NCBI GenBank assembly: GCA_041640595.1
Contig: JBEPZY010000001.1
Span: 66,657-130,656, forward strand
Direction: 5' to 3'
From: Gemmatales bacterium
GTDB taxonomy: Bacteria; Planctomycetota; Planctomycetia; Gemmatales; HRBIN36
DNA: 64,000 bases
The notes beneath the pieces are model-generated. The model saw nothing but the letters and a program-made list of their open reading frames with translations, was not told the origin of the DNA and searched no databases. Below are positions 47,233 through 57,947 of this stretch, piece after piece (position 1 is the first letter of the stretch; every line of letters begins with the position of its first letter). The position numbers and the translations under genes were made by a program.

Positions 47233-48333
47233 TCAGATGGCTTCGGCAAAACGCATCACCGGCACAGGTCGGGCTGGTCGAAACCGCTCTACGGTCTGCC
47301 ATTCGATCTCGACCTGGTGCTCAGTCAATGTCCGCTCAACCGATTCCTTAACCGCTTGCCAGAGGACTTCCGGATCACTGGCCACGCGGGCATTGAGAAC
47401 CAAGTGTGCTTCCTGAACCGCTTGCACAGACGAGCGCGTCAATTGCGGTTGGCCTGTCAGATGCACCACCTGGCAAGCAGATAAACCTGCCGAGGTATGC
47501 AACAATCCTTTCAGATGAGCGATTTCGGCTCCCGCGGTTTGCAGTCGCTCCTGTATCCGGGCAATGAGCTTGTAGAGCAGCTGATCGGGCATGAACGCTT
47601 GGCGAGAAGATAACCGGGCGGTGACGTTGAGCCAGCCAAGCTCGGCTTCTGCTGCTGCGTAAATGTCGTAATCCACATCGGCGACGTGAACACCGAAGCG
47701 GCCGTCCTGTTCCTGAAAGCGCACCAGTTCGTCCATGTTTTCGCCGGTACGGGCAGACACGAAGAAGATTCGTTTTTCCGGAAAATGCCGTTGCAGCGCC
47801 GCCATAAGGTCTTGCCGCTCGGTGGGTGTGAGCAGGTCGCACTTGTTGACCGCAATCGCGTCGGCTTCCTCGAGTTGCTTCTGGAAGAGGTAGGCGACCT
47901 TCGCAGAAAATCCGCCAAACTGGTCTCCCGACAAGATACGTCCGGCGCGATGGGGGTCGGTCAAAACCACGAATGGGGCGACCTGGTAGCAATTCTGATA
48001 CAGGCGTTTGAGAGGCTGCACGACCGTCGCCACCAGATCCGTACAACTCCCAACAGGCTCGGCAAGGATCAGGTCAGGCCGATCCTCGAGCCGCAAACGT
48101 TCGGTAATTTTCAAGAAATCTTCCAGTCGGCAACAGAAACATCCCCCGGCCACTTCTCGCGCCGGGCTTACCGTGCGGAACAACGATGTGTCCACCAGAT
48201 TCTCCGCCTGATCGTTGGCAACGAAGGCGACTCGCCGTCCCTGGCTGAGGTAATGGCGAGCTAACCAGATCAGGGTCGTCGTCTTTCCCGCCCCCAGAAA
48301 GCCTCCGACCATCACCAGCCGCACTGGTTTCAT
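47233..48333 (-). CDS. G3E-family P-loop GTPase with a CxCC motif (CobW/COG0523-like putative metallochaperone)
   Basis: Walker A GGFLGAGKTTT, GGCFCCRL (CxCC), Walker B-like LILAEPVGSC, NKCDLL (NKxD). C-terminal ~170-aa domain of unclear type. Confidence 0.75.
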   Translation of the reverse strand: MKPVRLVMVGGFLGAGKTTTLIWLARHYLSQGRRVAFVANDQAENLVDTSLFRTVSPAREVAGGCFCCRLEDFLKITERLRLEDRPDLILAEPVGSCTDLVATVVQPLKRLYQNCYQVAPFVVLTDPHRAGRILSGDQFGGFSAKVAYLFQKQLEEADAIAVNKCDLLTPTERQDLMAALQRHFPEKRIFFVSARTGENMDELVRFQEQDGRFGVHVADVDYDIYAAAEAELGWLNVTARLSSRQAFMPDQLLYKLIARIQERLQTAGAEIAHLKGLLHTSAGLSACQVVHLTGQPQLTRSSVQAVQEAHLVLNARVASDPEVLWQAVKESVERTLTEHQVEIEWQTVERFRPARPVPVMRFAEAI

Positions 48334-48357
48334 TCTCGGCTCTCCTTGCGCGCCAGC

Positions 48358-50451
<2,094 letters not shown>

Positions 50452-50476
50452 TCAGGATCATTGTGTGTTCAGGCAA

Positions 50477-50728
50477 CTATTTCCGCAAGCTCCGCCAGCG
50501 ATCCAGGGCCATGCTGGCCAGCCCGGTTACGATCACCAGCGACATTTCAGCCAGCACCAGCTGCCAACCGTACTTCCGCAACCAGCCGGGCAGCTGATCC
50601 CACGGCACCACTGCCAGGGCCAAACCGGTCACCACAAAAGCGGTGCTGCAAATCAGCAGCAAGGCATAGAAAGGGTTGGGCGGCTCTTTTACCGGCGTGG
50701 CAGATTTTGTCGGGTGGTCTGCGGACAT
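50477..50728 (-). CDS. Small hypothetical membrane protein (2 TM), 83 aa
   Basis: MSADHPTK... with FYALLLICSTAFVVTGLALAVV and WQLVLAEMSLVIVTGLASMAL. The longer track ORF (to 50956) would overlap ndk. Confidence 0.45.
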   Translation of the reverse strand: MSADHPTKSATPVKEPPNPFYALLLICSTAFVVTGLALAVVPWDQLPGWLRKYGWQLVLAEMSLVIVTGLASMALDRWRSLRK

Positions 50729-50774
50729 GCCGCTTCCGAAGGGCTCGTTGGCCGGCGATAACCCACGCTCGGCA

Positions 50775-51230
50775 TTATTCGGAGGCCCCGATCCAGCGGA
50801 CATCGCACGGTTCCCAGCAAACAATTTCTTCCGGACGAAACCACAAAGCGATTTCCTGAGCGGCAGTCTCCGGGCTGTCGGAAGCGTGCACCAGATTGTT
50901 CTGGACACTGAGAGCGAAATCGCCGCGAATCGTACCTGGCGGTGCTTTGCTGCCATCGGTGGGTCCGAGCAAATTCCGCACCACCTGCACAGCCTCGCGT
51001 CCCTGCCAGACCATAGCCAGTGTCGGGCCGCTGGTGATGAATCGCAACAGCGACTCGTAAAACGGTTTGCCCCGATGCACAGCGTAGTGCCGTTCCGCTA
51101 GGCTTAAATCGGGGCGCAGAAGTTTCGCCGCCACCAGCTGCAAGCCTTTTTGTTCCAGTCGGCTGATGATCGTACCCACCAGCCGCCGCTGCAAAGCATC
51201 AGGTTTAAAGAGCACCAGAGTCTGCTGCAT
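50775..51230 (-). CDS. ndk: Nucleoside diphosphate kinase
   Basis: Start moved to MQQTLVLFKPDA (ATG 51230). GTIRGDFA and the active-site context NLVHASDS. Confidence 0.93.
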   Translation of the reverse strand: MQQTLVLFKPDALQRRLVGTIISRLEQKGLQLVAAKLLRPDLSLAERHYAVHRGKPFYESLLRFITSGPTLAMVWQGREAVQVVRNLLGPTDGSKAPPGTIRGDFALSVQNNLVHASDSPETAAQEIALWFRPEEIVCWEPCDVRWIGASE

Positions 51231-51249
51231 CCGTCTGGCTCTCCCTGAG

Positions 51250-51281
51250 AAAAAAGGGCAGGTGTTGAGTTGCACCTGCCC
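51250..51281 (-). terminator. Textbook Rho-independent terminator between rho and ndk
   Basis: Minus-strand RNA GGGCAGGUG-caacucaa-CACCUGCCC followed by UUUUUU (perfect 9-bp GC-rich stem plus U6), 64 nt after the rho stop. Confidence 0.8.
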
Positions 51282-51344
51282 TGTACGGACGTTGGTAATC
51301 GCGTTACCCGGGACGACAAGCTGCCACCACCGTTTGGGCGATGA

Positions 51345-52490
51345 TTATTCGCTGGAGGCGGCGGCAAATTCACCGACACGGGCGAGAAATTCGGCGTTGG
51401 TCTGATACTTGGGCAGCATCTGCACCAGCAATTCCATCGCCTCGACCGGCTTCATGGCGGATAGTGCTCGCCGCAACAGCACGATTTGCTGATACATCTG
51501 CGGTGGCAGTAAGCGCTCTTCCTTGCGCGTACCGGATTGCGGAATGCTGATGGCCGGGAAGACACGGCGTTCGGCCAGCTTGCGATCCAGCACGATTTCG
51601 AGGTTCCCGGTGCCCTTGAACTCCTCGAAGATGATGTCGTCCATGCGGGAACCGGTTTCGACCAGGCAGGTAGCGATCACCGTCAGCGACCCGCCTTCCT
51701 CGAAAGCCCGTGCAGTACCGAAGAGCCGGCGCGGCACTTCCAGAGCTCGCACGTCCAGGCCACCGGACATAATCTTGCCGCCAGAATCAATCTGCTTGTT
51801 GTACGCTCGTGCCAGACGGGTCAGGCTGTCCAGCAACAGGAACACGTCGTGTCCCATTTCCGCCAGCCGCTTGGCACGCTCGAACACCATCTCCGCCAAG
51901 CGAATATGCTCGGCCGAGCGGTTGTCGTTGCTGGAAGCGAAGACATCACCAGGGATCGAACGCTTCATCTCCGTAACTTCTTCAGGCCGTTCATCCACCA
52001 GCAGCACCATCACCTTGACTTCCGGGTGATTCTTGGCGACGGCCTGGGCAATGTGCTGCAACAGAATCGTCTTACCGGAACGCGGCGGAGCCACGATCAG
52101 ACCACGCTGACCCTTCCCGATGGGGCAAAGCAGGTCAATGACCCGCGTGGTCAACGGTTGGGGCCCGGTTTCCAGCCGCAACCAGTAGTTGGGATCGATC
52201 GGGGTGAGTTTGTCGAAGTCGCGGCGTTTGAGAGCTTCCGGCGGCTGACCCTCGATACTTTCGACGGTGGCCAGCCGTGGGCCGACACCGTTGCCTTCCA
52301 TCAATTTCCCGGCCACCCACATACCTTCGCGGAGGCCGTACTTGATGATCAACGGCGCCGGCACGTACACATCGCCGGTGCTCCCTTCCAGACGCCGACC
52401 GGGCTGGCGTAAAAAGCCGAAGCCCTTCGGGTGCATCTCCAGGATGCCTTCCTGAATCTGTTCCAACGTTTCGGGCATGGTAGTGCTCAT
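51345..52490 (-). CDS. rho: Transcription termination factor Rho (short form lacking the N-terminal helix bundle)
   Basis: GFGFLR RNA-binding core starts at residue ~23. PIGKGQRGLIVAPPRSGKT (Walker A), VLLVDERPEEVTEM, LLDSLTRLARAYN, GGSLT.IAT.LVETGS.MDD.IFEEFKGTGN, R.FPAI. SD AGGAG 5 nt upstream. Confidence 0.95.
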   Translation of the reverse strand: MSTTMPETLEQIQEGILEMHPKGFGFLRQPGRRLEGSTGDVYVPAPLIIKYGLREGMWVAGKLMEGNGVGPRLATVESIEGQPPEALKRRDFDKLTPIDPNYWLRLETGPQPLTTRVIDLLCPIGKGQRGLIVAPPRSGKTILLQHIAQAVAKNHPEVKVMVLLVDERPEEVTEMKRSIPGDVFASSNDNRSAEHIRLAEMVFERAKRLAEMGHDVFLLLDSLTRLARAYNKQIDSGGKIMSGGLDVRALEVPRRLFGTARAFEEGGSLTVIATCLVETGSRMDDIIFEEFKGTGNLEIVLDRKLAERRVFPAISIPQSGTRKEERLLPPQMYQQIVLLRRALSAMKPVEAMELLVQMLPKYQTNAEFLARVGEFAAASSE

Positions 52491-52571
52491 GGTACTCCTC
52501 TCTTCACCTCTTCACTGGCGCTGGGATCCAACCGGCACCACTTGCCGGTTCGATCCGCAACTGCACTCGGG

Positions 52572-53435
52572 TTACACTTTCCGATACGGGGTAATGGCTT
52601 CGTAGGTGCCATCCGGCAAAGGGCGTAATTCGTAGTCGCCGAACAGGTGCGGCGCTTCCTGCTGCAATAAGCGCAACACCTTCACTGCTAGTTGCCGAAT
52701 CTCTACGTCCGCCCAGCGGCTGGCACGCATTTCGATAAAGTGCCGCCAGGCCCGCGCATTGGCGGTAACGAAAATCTTGGTTTCCGTCGCGTTGGGCAAC
52801 ACGCTGCGGGCGGCCTGTCTAGCTAATTTACGTCGCAGCGTGCGATCTGGTTCATCGCGATACTTTTCTAGCAGTTTTTCCGCCAATTGTACATAGGCCT
52901 GGTGCGTCCTGGCAATAGTCTCCAGCCAGAGCCGATGCAATTCCGGGTCTTCGGCAATGACTTTCGGCTCGACATATTCCGCCACCGATTCGTCCACGTA
53001 ACGCTGGCTCAGTTGCGAATAGCCGAAGCCAGCACGGTGTCGCACCAGTTCGTGGGTGAGTGCTCGGCTGACACCGACGAATAAAAAACTCCACACCGCG
53101 TGTTCCAGCACCGAGCCATGTCCTGCTTCCAGGATGTGACGGATATAGGCAGCGTTGCCACCAGGACGAGGGCGGGCGAAACTCATGTAACAAATTCGGC
53201 CGGCTGTCTCGACCAGCTTCTCCGCCGCTACTTCCGTGTCCGTCTCCCAGGCAATGCCGTGCTCAGCCAGAAAACGGTTCAGCTCCTGCTCGGAAATAGT
53301 CTGCCGACTGAGCAAATAAACCATCGGTTCGCGGAAAATGCGAATCCCCGCTTCCTCCACCACCGCCTCGGGGGCGGGTAGCGAACTGCACGGCGCGGAG
53401 ACAGCAGATGCGCTATGTAATTGGGTATCAGTCAT
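52572..53435 (-). CDS. thyX: FAD-dependent thymidylate synthase
   Basis: ThyX motif THELVRHRAGFGYSQLSQRY (RHRxxSxxxxS). Start moved to MTDTQLH (ATG 53435), because the track ORF extension to 53705 runs through the tRNA-Sec gene. Confidence 0.9.
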   Translation of the reverse strand: MTDTQLHSASAVSAPCSSLPAPEAVVEEAGIRIFREPMVYLLSRQTISEQELNRFLAEHGIAWETDTEVAAEKLVETAGRICYMSFARPRPGGNAAYIRHILEAGHGSVLEHAVWSFLFVGVSRALTHELVRHRAGFGYSQLSQRYVDESVAEYVEPKVIAEDPELHRLWLETIARTHQAYVQLAEKLLEKYRDEPDRTLRRKLARQAARSVLPNATETKIFVTANARAWRHFIEMRASRWADVEIRQLAVKVLRLLQQEAPHLFGDYELRPLPDGTYEAITPYRKV

Positions 53436-53596
53436 GCAGACCCTCAAGGTCCTGGTCGTAAGTCGTGCCCATGCGGGCACACGACAGCCAGACACAACTC
53501 CGACAAGCTGGCAGACCCGCAGCTGAAGAGCGGTCTGCGCTGGTGTCCAGGCGAGGCGACAACGCCTTACTATCGGTTTCTGGAGGCGACCGTAAA

Positions 53597-53694
53597 TGGC
53601 GGGAGCGTATGGGAATCGAACCCACTGGCGCATGTTTCCCATGCGCCCACTGGTTTTGAAGACCAGGGCCCTCACCAGAGGTGCAAACGCTCCC
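53597..53694 (-). tRNA. selC: tRNA-Sec (selenocysteine tRNA, anticodon UCA), 98 nt including encoded CCA
   Basis: Minus strand reads GGGAGCGU-UU-GCACCUC-UGG-UGAGGGC-C-CUGGU-CUUCAAA-ACCAG-U-GGGCGCAUG-GGAAA-CAUGCGCC-A-GUGGG-UUCGAUU-CCCAU-ACGCUCCC-G-CCA. It shows an 8-bp acceptor stem plus a 5-bp T stem (bacterial 8/5 Sec architecture). It also has an extended D stem, anticodon loop CUUCAAA identical to E. coli selC, and an 8-bp long variable arm. Confidence 0.9.
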
Positions 53695-54459
53695 AGGGTC
53701 ATCACCTAGCAACGGGCAGGCAGCATGAACCCGGCTGGCGCCGCCGCCGGTTCTGCCGCCCGTAACCGCCAGGCTTTACCGAAACTGGTCAGCTCTTGAC
53801 ATCCATCTCGCCATGCCAAGAAGCTGACTGCATCAATTCCAAGCGTAGAAAACGCTCCCGCTACCGTCAAGCCCAGTCACATGAAATTCTCTTCCCGATA
53901 GCCTGACTGAGCTTCCCTGCCTCGGCAGCATTGGCATTTCAATTATAGGTGATTTCCCTCAGTTGGCAAGCATTCGCTCCGCTGCGGAGATAAGACTGGA
54001 ATTCCAGTCCAAAATTTGCTTGCGTTATGGTCTCCTGCCGGACGTGTTGCTGGAGTTGGGCGACTCTTGGCGAATACAGTTGGATATGCGAATGCGAGTT
54101 TTCGGAGACTATGGCCCCAGCTCGAAGCCACGAATATCATTGGGGCGTCCCTTTTTGAGCATCCGCGAGCAGGAAAACTCGGTGCCCCCGCAATTTTTCG
54201 GCGCCTCCACACAACTGGAGATAGGCCAGTCCTAAAACCATTTGACGTTTGGCGAGTTTTCGGTAGGATATAGCATTCCCAGTGATGGTAATCCGGCAGG
54301 CAGTGCTTGCCGGGCAGGTAGGTGCGTCCAGCGCTGATTTTTGCCAGGGTTCCGGAAGAACGCAACAGACAAGCTATCCCGGGACTCAAAACCGGCCGAG
54401 CAGTGCCGCTGCTAAGTGCCGAGTATCACAAACCCATCAAGCATACGGAGGAGAGATGC

Positions 54460-55236
54460 GTGGCGATTGTGCAGGTCAAAGAATTGATTGACGCCGGCGT
54501 GCATTATGGCCACCGAGCCAGCCGATGGAATCCCAAAATGAAGCCGTACATTTACGGCCGCAGTGGGTTAATTCACATCATTGATTTGCGAGAGACGTTG
54601 AAGGGATTGCTGCGGGCCTATCGGTTTTTGGTGAAGACGGCCAGCGAGGGGAAGCTCGTGCTGTTCGTAGGCACGAAGCGACAGGCTCGGGAAATCATCG
54701 AACGCGAGGCGACTCGCTGTGGTATGCCGTTTGTCAACGAACGCTGGTTAGGCGGCACGTTGACCAATTTCAAAACCATCCGCAGCCGGCTTAAGAGGCT
54801 GGAGGAACTGGAAGAACTCGAACGCAGCGGGCAGATTTTCACCTATAGCAAAAAGATGATTTCCTCACTTTTGCGAGAAAAGCGGAAAATCGAAAGGAAC
54901 TTGCGCGGCATCCGAACGATGGAACGTCTGCCCGATGCCCTGGTCATCGTGGACCCGACCCGTGAACACACTGCGGTTGCTGAGGCGCGCAAGGTGGGGG
55001 TAATCACGGTGGCCCTCATTGATACTGACGGCGACCCGGACCTGGTGGACCTGCCTATTCCTGGAAACGATGACAGCATTCGGTCAATAGAATTGATTGT
55101 CGGCAAATTGTCGCAGGCCATTCTGGAAGGAAAGGCCTCCTTGCCACCGGAATTCCGGGAAAAAGCCGAAGCCGCACCGCAACCGGAGTTGGTAGCGCCG
55201 CCGATAGAGTCGGTGCCCGTGGAGGCAGCATCGTAA
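54460..55236 (+). CDS. rpsB: 30S ribosomal protein S2
   Basis: GTG 54460 after GGAGGAGAG gives [27 protein letters not shown], the family-typical N-terminus. [34 protein letters not shown]....AL.DTD.DPD. Confidence 0.93.
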   Translation: MAIVQVKELIDAGVHYGHRASRWNPKMKPYIYGRSGLIHIIDLRETLKGLLRAYRFLVKTASEGKLVLFVGTKRQAREIIEREATRCGMPFVNERWLGGTLTNFKTIRSRLKRLEELEELERSGQIFTYSKKMISSLLREKRKIERNLRGIRTMERLPDALVIVDPTREHTAVAEARKVGVITVALIDTDGDPDLVDLPIPGNDDSIRSIELIVGKLSQAILEGKASLPPEFREKAEAAPQPELVAPPIESVPVEAAS

Positions 55237-55364
55237 GCAGATTGGGCCGTTGTCGGTTGCTGGAGACAATCGGCCGATCCTGGCGAGTATTGGTGAACTA
55301 AACACCGGCCGCGTCGGGCAACGAGCTTGCACGCCGGCGTCGGTGACCGCTACAGGAGCAGGAC

Positions 55365-56213
55365 ATGGCTAGCATTAGCGCAGCGGATGTGATGAAACTT
55401 CGCAACATGACAAACGCTCCCATGATGGATTGCAAAGCCGCCCTGGAGAAGGCTGGCGGCGATTTTCAGAAAGCTATCCAGATTTTGCGGGAGCAAAATA
55501 AAGCGATCAGCAGCAAAAAGGCCGAACGCGAAACCGCGGAAGGGCGTATCGGCATGTACGTGGACCCAGCGGCCGGGGTGGCGGCCATTGTGGAAGTGCG
55601 CTGTGAAACCGCTCCTGTGGTCAAAAGCGACCCGTTCATTCAGCTGGCCAATGACCTGGCTCGGCATGTCGCTTTAGTGGCACAGTTGCCCGGCTCGGTC
55701 GAAGAGTTATTGCAACAACCTTACATTGGCGGCGAAGGGCGAACGGTTCGAGATCGCCTGGAAGAAACCATCGGGATTATCCGCGAGAATATGCGCATCG
55801 TCCGCTTTGCCCGATTGCAAGGGGGACAGGTTGGAGGATATCTGCATTTCAACGGCAGCGTGGCCACCATTGTGCAGGCAGAAGGCACGCCCAAAAATCC
55901 CGAGATTCTCAAAGACATCGCCATGCACATTACTGCCATGCAACCTGTGGCGTTGAGTCGGGAAGAGGTACCCGCGAGTGTAATGGAACGGGAAAAGCAA
56001 ATCGCCCGCACTCAGGCAGAGCAGACCGGCAAACCACCGCAGATCGTCGAGAAAATTGCCGAGGGCAAGCTTCGCACCTGGTTGAGCGAAAACGTTTTGC
56101 TCGAACAAAAGTTTTTCAAGGACGACACCAAGACCATTGGCCAGCTGGCCAAGGAAAATAGCATCGTCCTGCGCCGGTATGTCCGATTCAAAGTCGGCGA
56201 ACTAAGTTCGTAG
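55365..56213 (+). CDS. tsf: Elongation factor Ts
   Basis: ISAADVMKLRNMTNAPMMDCKAALEKAGGDFQKAIQILRE (UBA-like N-domain), HI.AM.P..L, GK..KF..E..LLEQ.F.KD. SD AGGAG upstream. Confidence 0.93.
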   Translation: MASISAADVMKLRNMTNAPMMDCKAALEKAGGDFQKAIQILREQNKAISSKKAERETAEGRIGMYVDPAAGVAAIVEVRCETAPVVKSDPFIQLANDLARHVALVAQLPGSVEELLQQPYIGGEGRTVRDRLEETIGIIRENMRIVRFARLQGGQVGGYLHFNGSVATIVQAEGTPKNPEILKDIAMHITAMQPVALSREEVPASVMEREKQIARTQAEQTGKPPQIVEKIAEGKLRTWLSENVLLEQKFFKDDTKTIGQLAKENSIVLRRYVRFKVGELSS

Positions 56214-56349
56214 CCTCGCGGCACGACGGGACACACGTAGTCTTGCTCATGTTGGCCGGCAAGATAGGAATCGAGCCACGCCGGACAGGCCGCTTTAACC
56301 GTCTAAGCAGGAGTCATGCCACCGGCTGTGGCGAATAACTGCTGTTTCG

Positions 56350-56381
56350 TCGCCTGCGGGCACCAGGCGCAATGTTATTTT
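56350..56381 (+). terminator. Candidate intrinsic terminator for rpsB-tsf
   Basis: CGCCTG-cgggcac-CAGGCG (6-bp stem) followed by CAATGTTATTTTC, about 135 nt after the tsf stop. Confidence 0.4.
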
Positions 56382-56403
56382 CGAGCCAACAGCCACGAGA
56401 AAA

Positions 56404-57579
56404 TCAGGTGGGTTTACTAACTTCTGTAAGGCCCACCTTTTCCAGGAATCTCGCCAGAGCGCGGAGGGCTTCGAGTTTTTCCTCTCGGCCGATACGAGCC
56501 AGCTCCACCCAGCGGCGTAAACGCTGGATATTTTCATCGTAAAGTCGGCGATTGACCGGGTACGGGTGGCCGTCTTTTCCACCATGGGCAAAGCTGTACG
56601 CCGCGGGATCACGGTGACTGGCTGGGGCATGATAAATCAATTCGGCCAGCAGGCTAAGACTTCGTAAGGCTGCAGGCCCCAGGTTGGCTTCGCCGAGGAG
56701 TTGTTCAAACTCAGCAGCCTGGCATTCGTAAGTATGGGTCAGCACCTTCCGCAAGGTGTTGGGATTGAGATCACGCGCCGACAAGCGATGACGTGCTGGC
56801 AGACGTAACCCATTTTGCTGCTCGGACACGGAAACCTGAGATCGGTCGGAATAGAGCGGCAATTTTTCCAACTGCGCTAGAAGCTTACGAACTTCACGCA
56901 GAATGCGATCGGGATGTTCTCGAGACAGAGCGGTCAATGCGTTGCGGTGGCGCTCAGCCTCCCTGGCGACGAGATTGAGAACTTGTCCGCGTTTATCACA
57001 CACCACAGCGGCGTGAGGCTCGTTGACGAAGCTCGGCATCACCTCGGAAAGCCAGTGATAGCGGCGGGCATAGCGCTTACGCGTGTCCATGCCTTGCTGT
57101 ATCACTGCCCAAACCGGCTGGCCGGGAACGAACAGGAAGCAGTGATGGTACAACTCGTAGTTGTCCTGAACGGCAGCGCTATCCACTTTGGCTGCCATAC
57201 GACTGGCGTAGATCAGGGAATCCGCCGGATCGCCTGTCTTATCGCAAATGCGGCGAATCTCGTCGGGTGTTTTGCGAGCCAGTGCTCCTTTGCCACCGCA
57301 AACGACGATACCCAAATCGCTGCCACTCCGACCGCAAGCTTCCTTCAACGCAGCCAGCACCGTGGTGGTAACTCCGCTGGAGTGCCAGTCGAAGCCGAGC
57401 ACGCAGCCAAAGGCCTGAAACCAGAACGGATCGCTCAACCGCCGCAACATCTCCGCCGGGCCATACTCCCTTACGATTATCGCCGTAATTGCACCGGCCA
57501 TTTCTACCATGCGACGGAATAACCAGGCAGGTGCTTCTCCGTGGTGTAAAGGCAAATCGGCAGTACGTCGCGTTGGCAT
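56404..57579 (-). CDS. DUF763-family protein (uncharacterised, archaeal/bacterial)
   Basis: N-terminal pattern ADLPLHHGEAPAWLFRRMVEMAGAI...SDPFWFQAFGCVLGFDWHSSGVTTTV matches my recollection of DUF763. Confidence 0.65.
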   Translation of the reverse strand: MPTRRTADLPLHHGEAPAWLFRRMVEMAGAITAIIVREYGPAEMLRRLSDPFWFQAFGCVLGFDWHSSGVTTTVLAALKEACGRSGSDLGIVVCGGKGALARKTPDEIRRICDKTGDPADSLIYASRMAAKVDSAAVQDNYELYHHCFLFVPGQPVWAVIQQGMDTRKRYARRYHWLSEVMPSFVNEPHAAVVCDKRGQVLNLVAREAERHRNALTALSREHPDRILREVRKLLAQLEKLPLYSDRSQVSVSEQQNGLRLPARHRLSARDLNPNTLRKVLTHTYECQAAEFEQLLGEANLGPAALRSLSLLAELIYHAPASHRDPAAYSFAHGGKDGHPYPVNRRLYDENIQRLRRWVELARIGREEKLEALRALARFLEKVGLTEVSKPT

Positions 57580-57947
57580 GTGCGGTTTCTCCCCCCGTTG
57601 GCAAAGCTGTGGAGTTGAGTCGTAACGCCTTATAGGCTCCTGAGCGCATGCCAGGCGGCGTCAGCCTTCATGCAAATGATCCATATCCTCCTCCCGTGGC
57701 CCCGAGGGCAAGTGCATCGCCCTTGTGCTATGCAGTTAGTTTACGAACCTGACAAGGGGGAAACTTCGATTTTTCGCACTTGCTGGCAAAACTGGCGTCG
57801 TAGTTGCTGCTAATCGGGGCTGCCCACACGAACAGGGTTTACAGATAGCAGATGCCCGAGCGGGTCGCCTTTGCAAGTTGTTTTGCATAAGCTGTCGAAA
57901 GTCCGTGCCAGGACTCTGTACGCGGTAACTCACCAGGGGGGCGTGCC

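Noticed and set aside
50729-50956. Longer 159-aa version of the small membrane protein
   Set aside because: It would overlap the ndk 3' end by up to 180 nt. The extension is Arg/Ser/Cys-rich and looks non-coding.
51537-52412. 291-aa plus-strand ORF (and 51523..52029)
   Set aside because: Both are antisense to rho.
53436-53705. 90-codon N-terminal extension of thyX
   Set aside because: It reads straight through the tRNA-Sec gene, and ThyX homology begins after Met at 53435.
53943-54389. 148-aa minus-strand ORF between selC and rpsB
   Set aside because: It is Arg/Trp/Cys/Pro-rich with no motif and looks like a chance ORF. A different minus-strand frame (with an in-frame TGA) and its antisense partner look more protein-like and are reported as a low-confidence finding instead.
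53436-54459. selC-associated genomic island (selC is a classic integration hotspot)
   Set aside because: The tRNA 3' end faces thyX only ~160 nt away. I could find no integrase, direct repeat of the tRNA 3' end, or mobility gene on either side.
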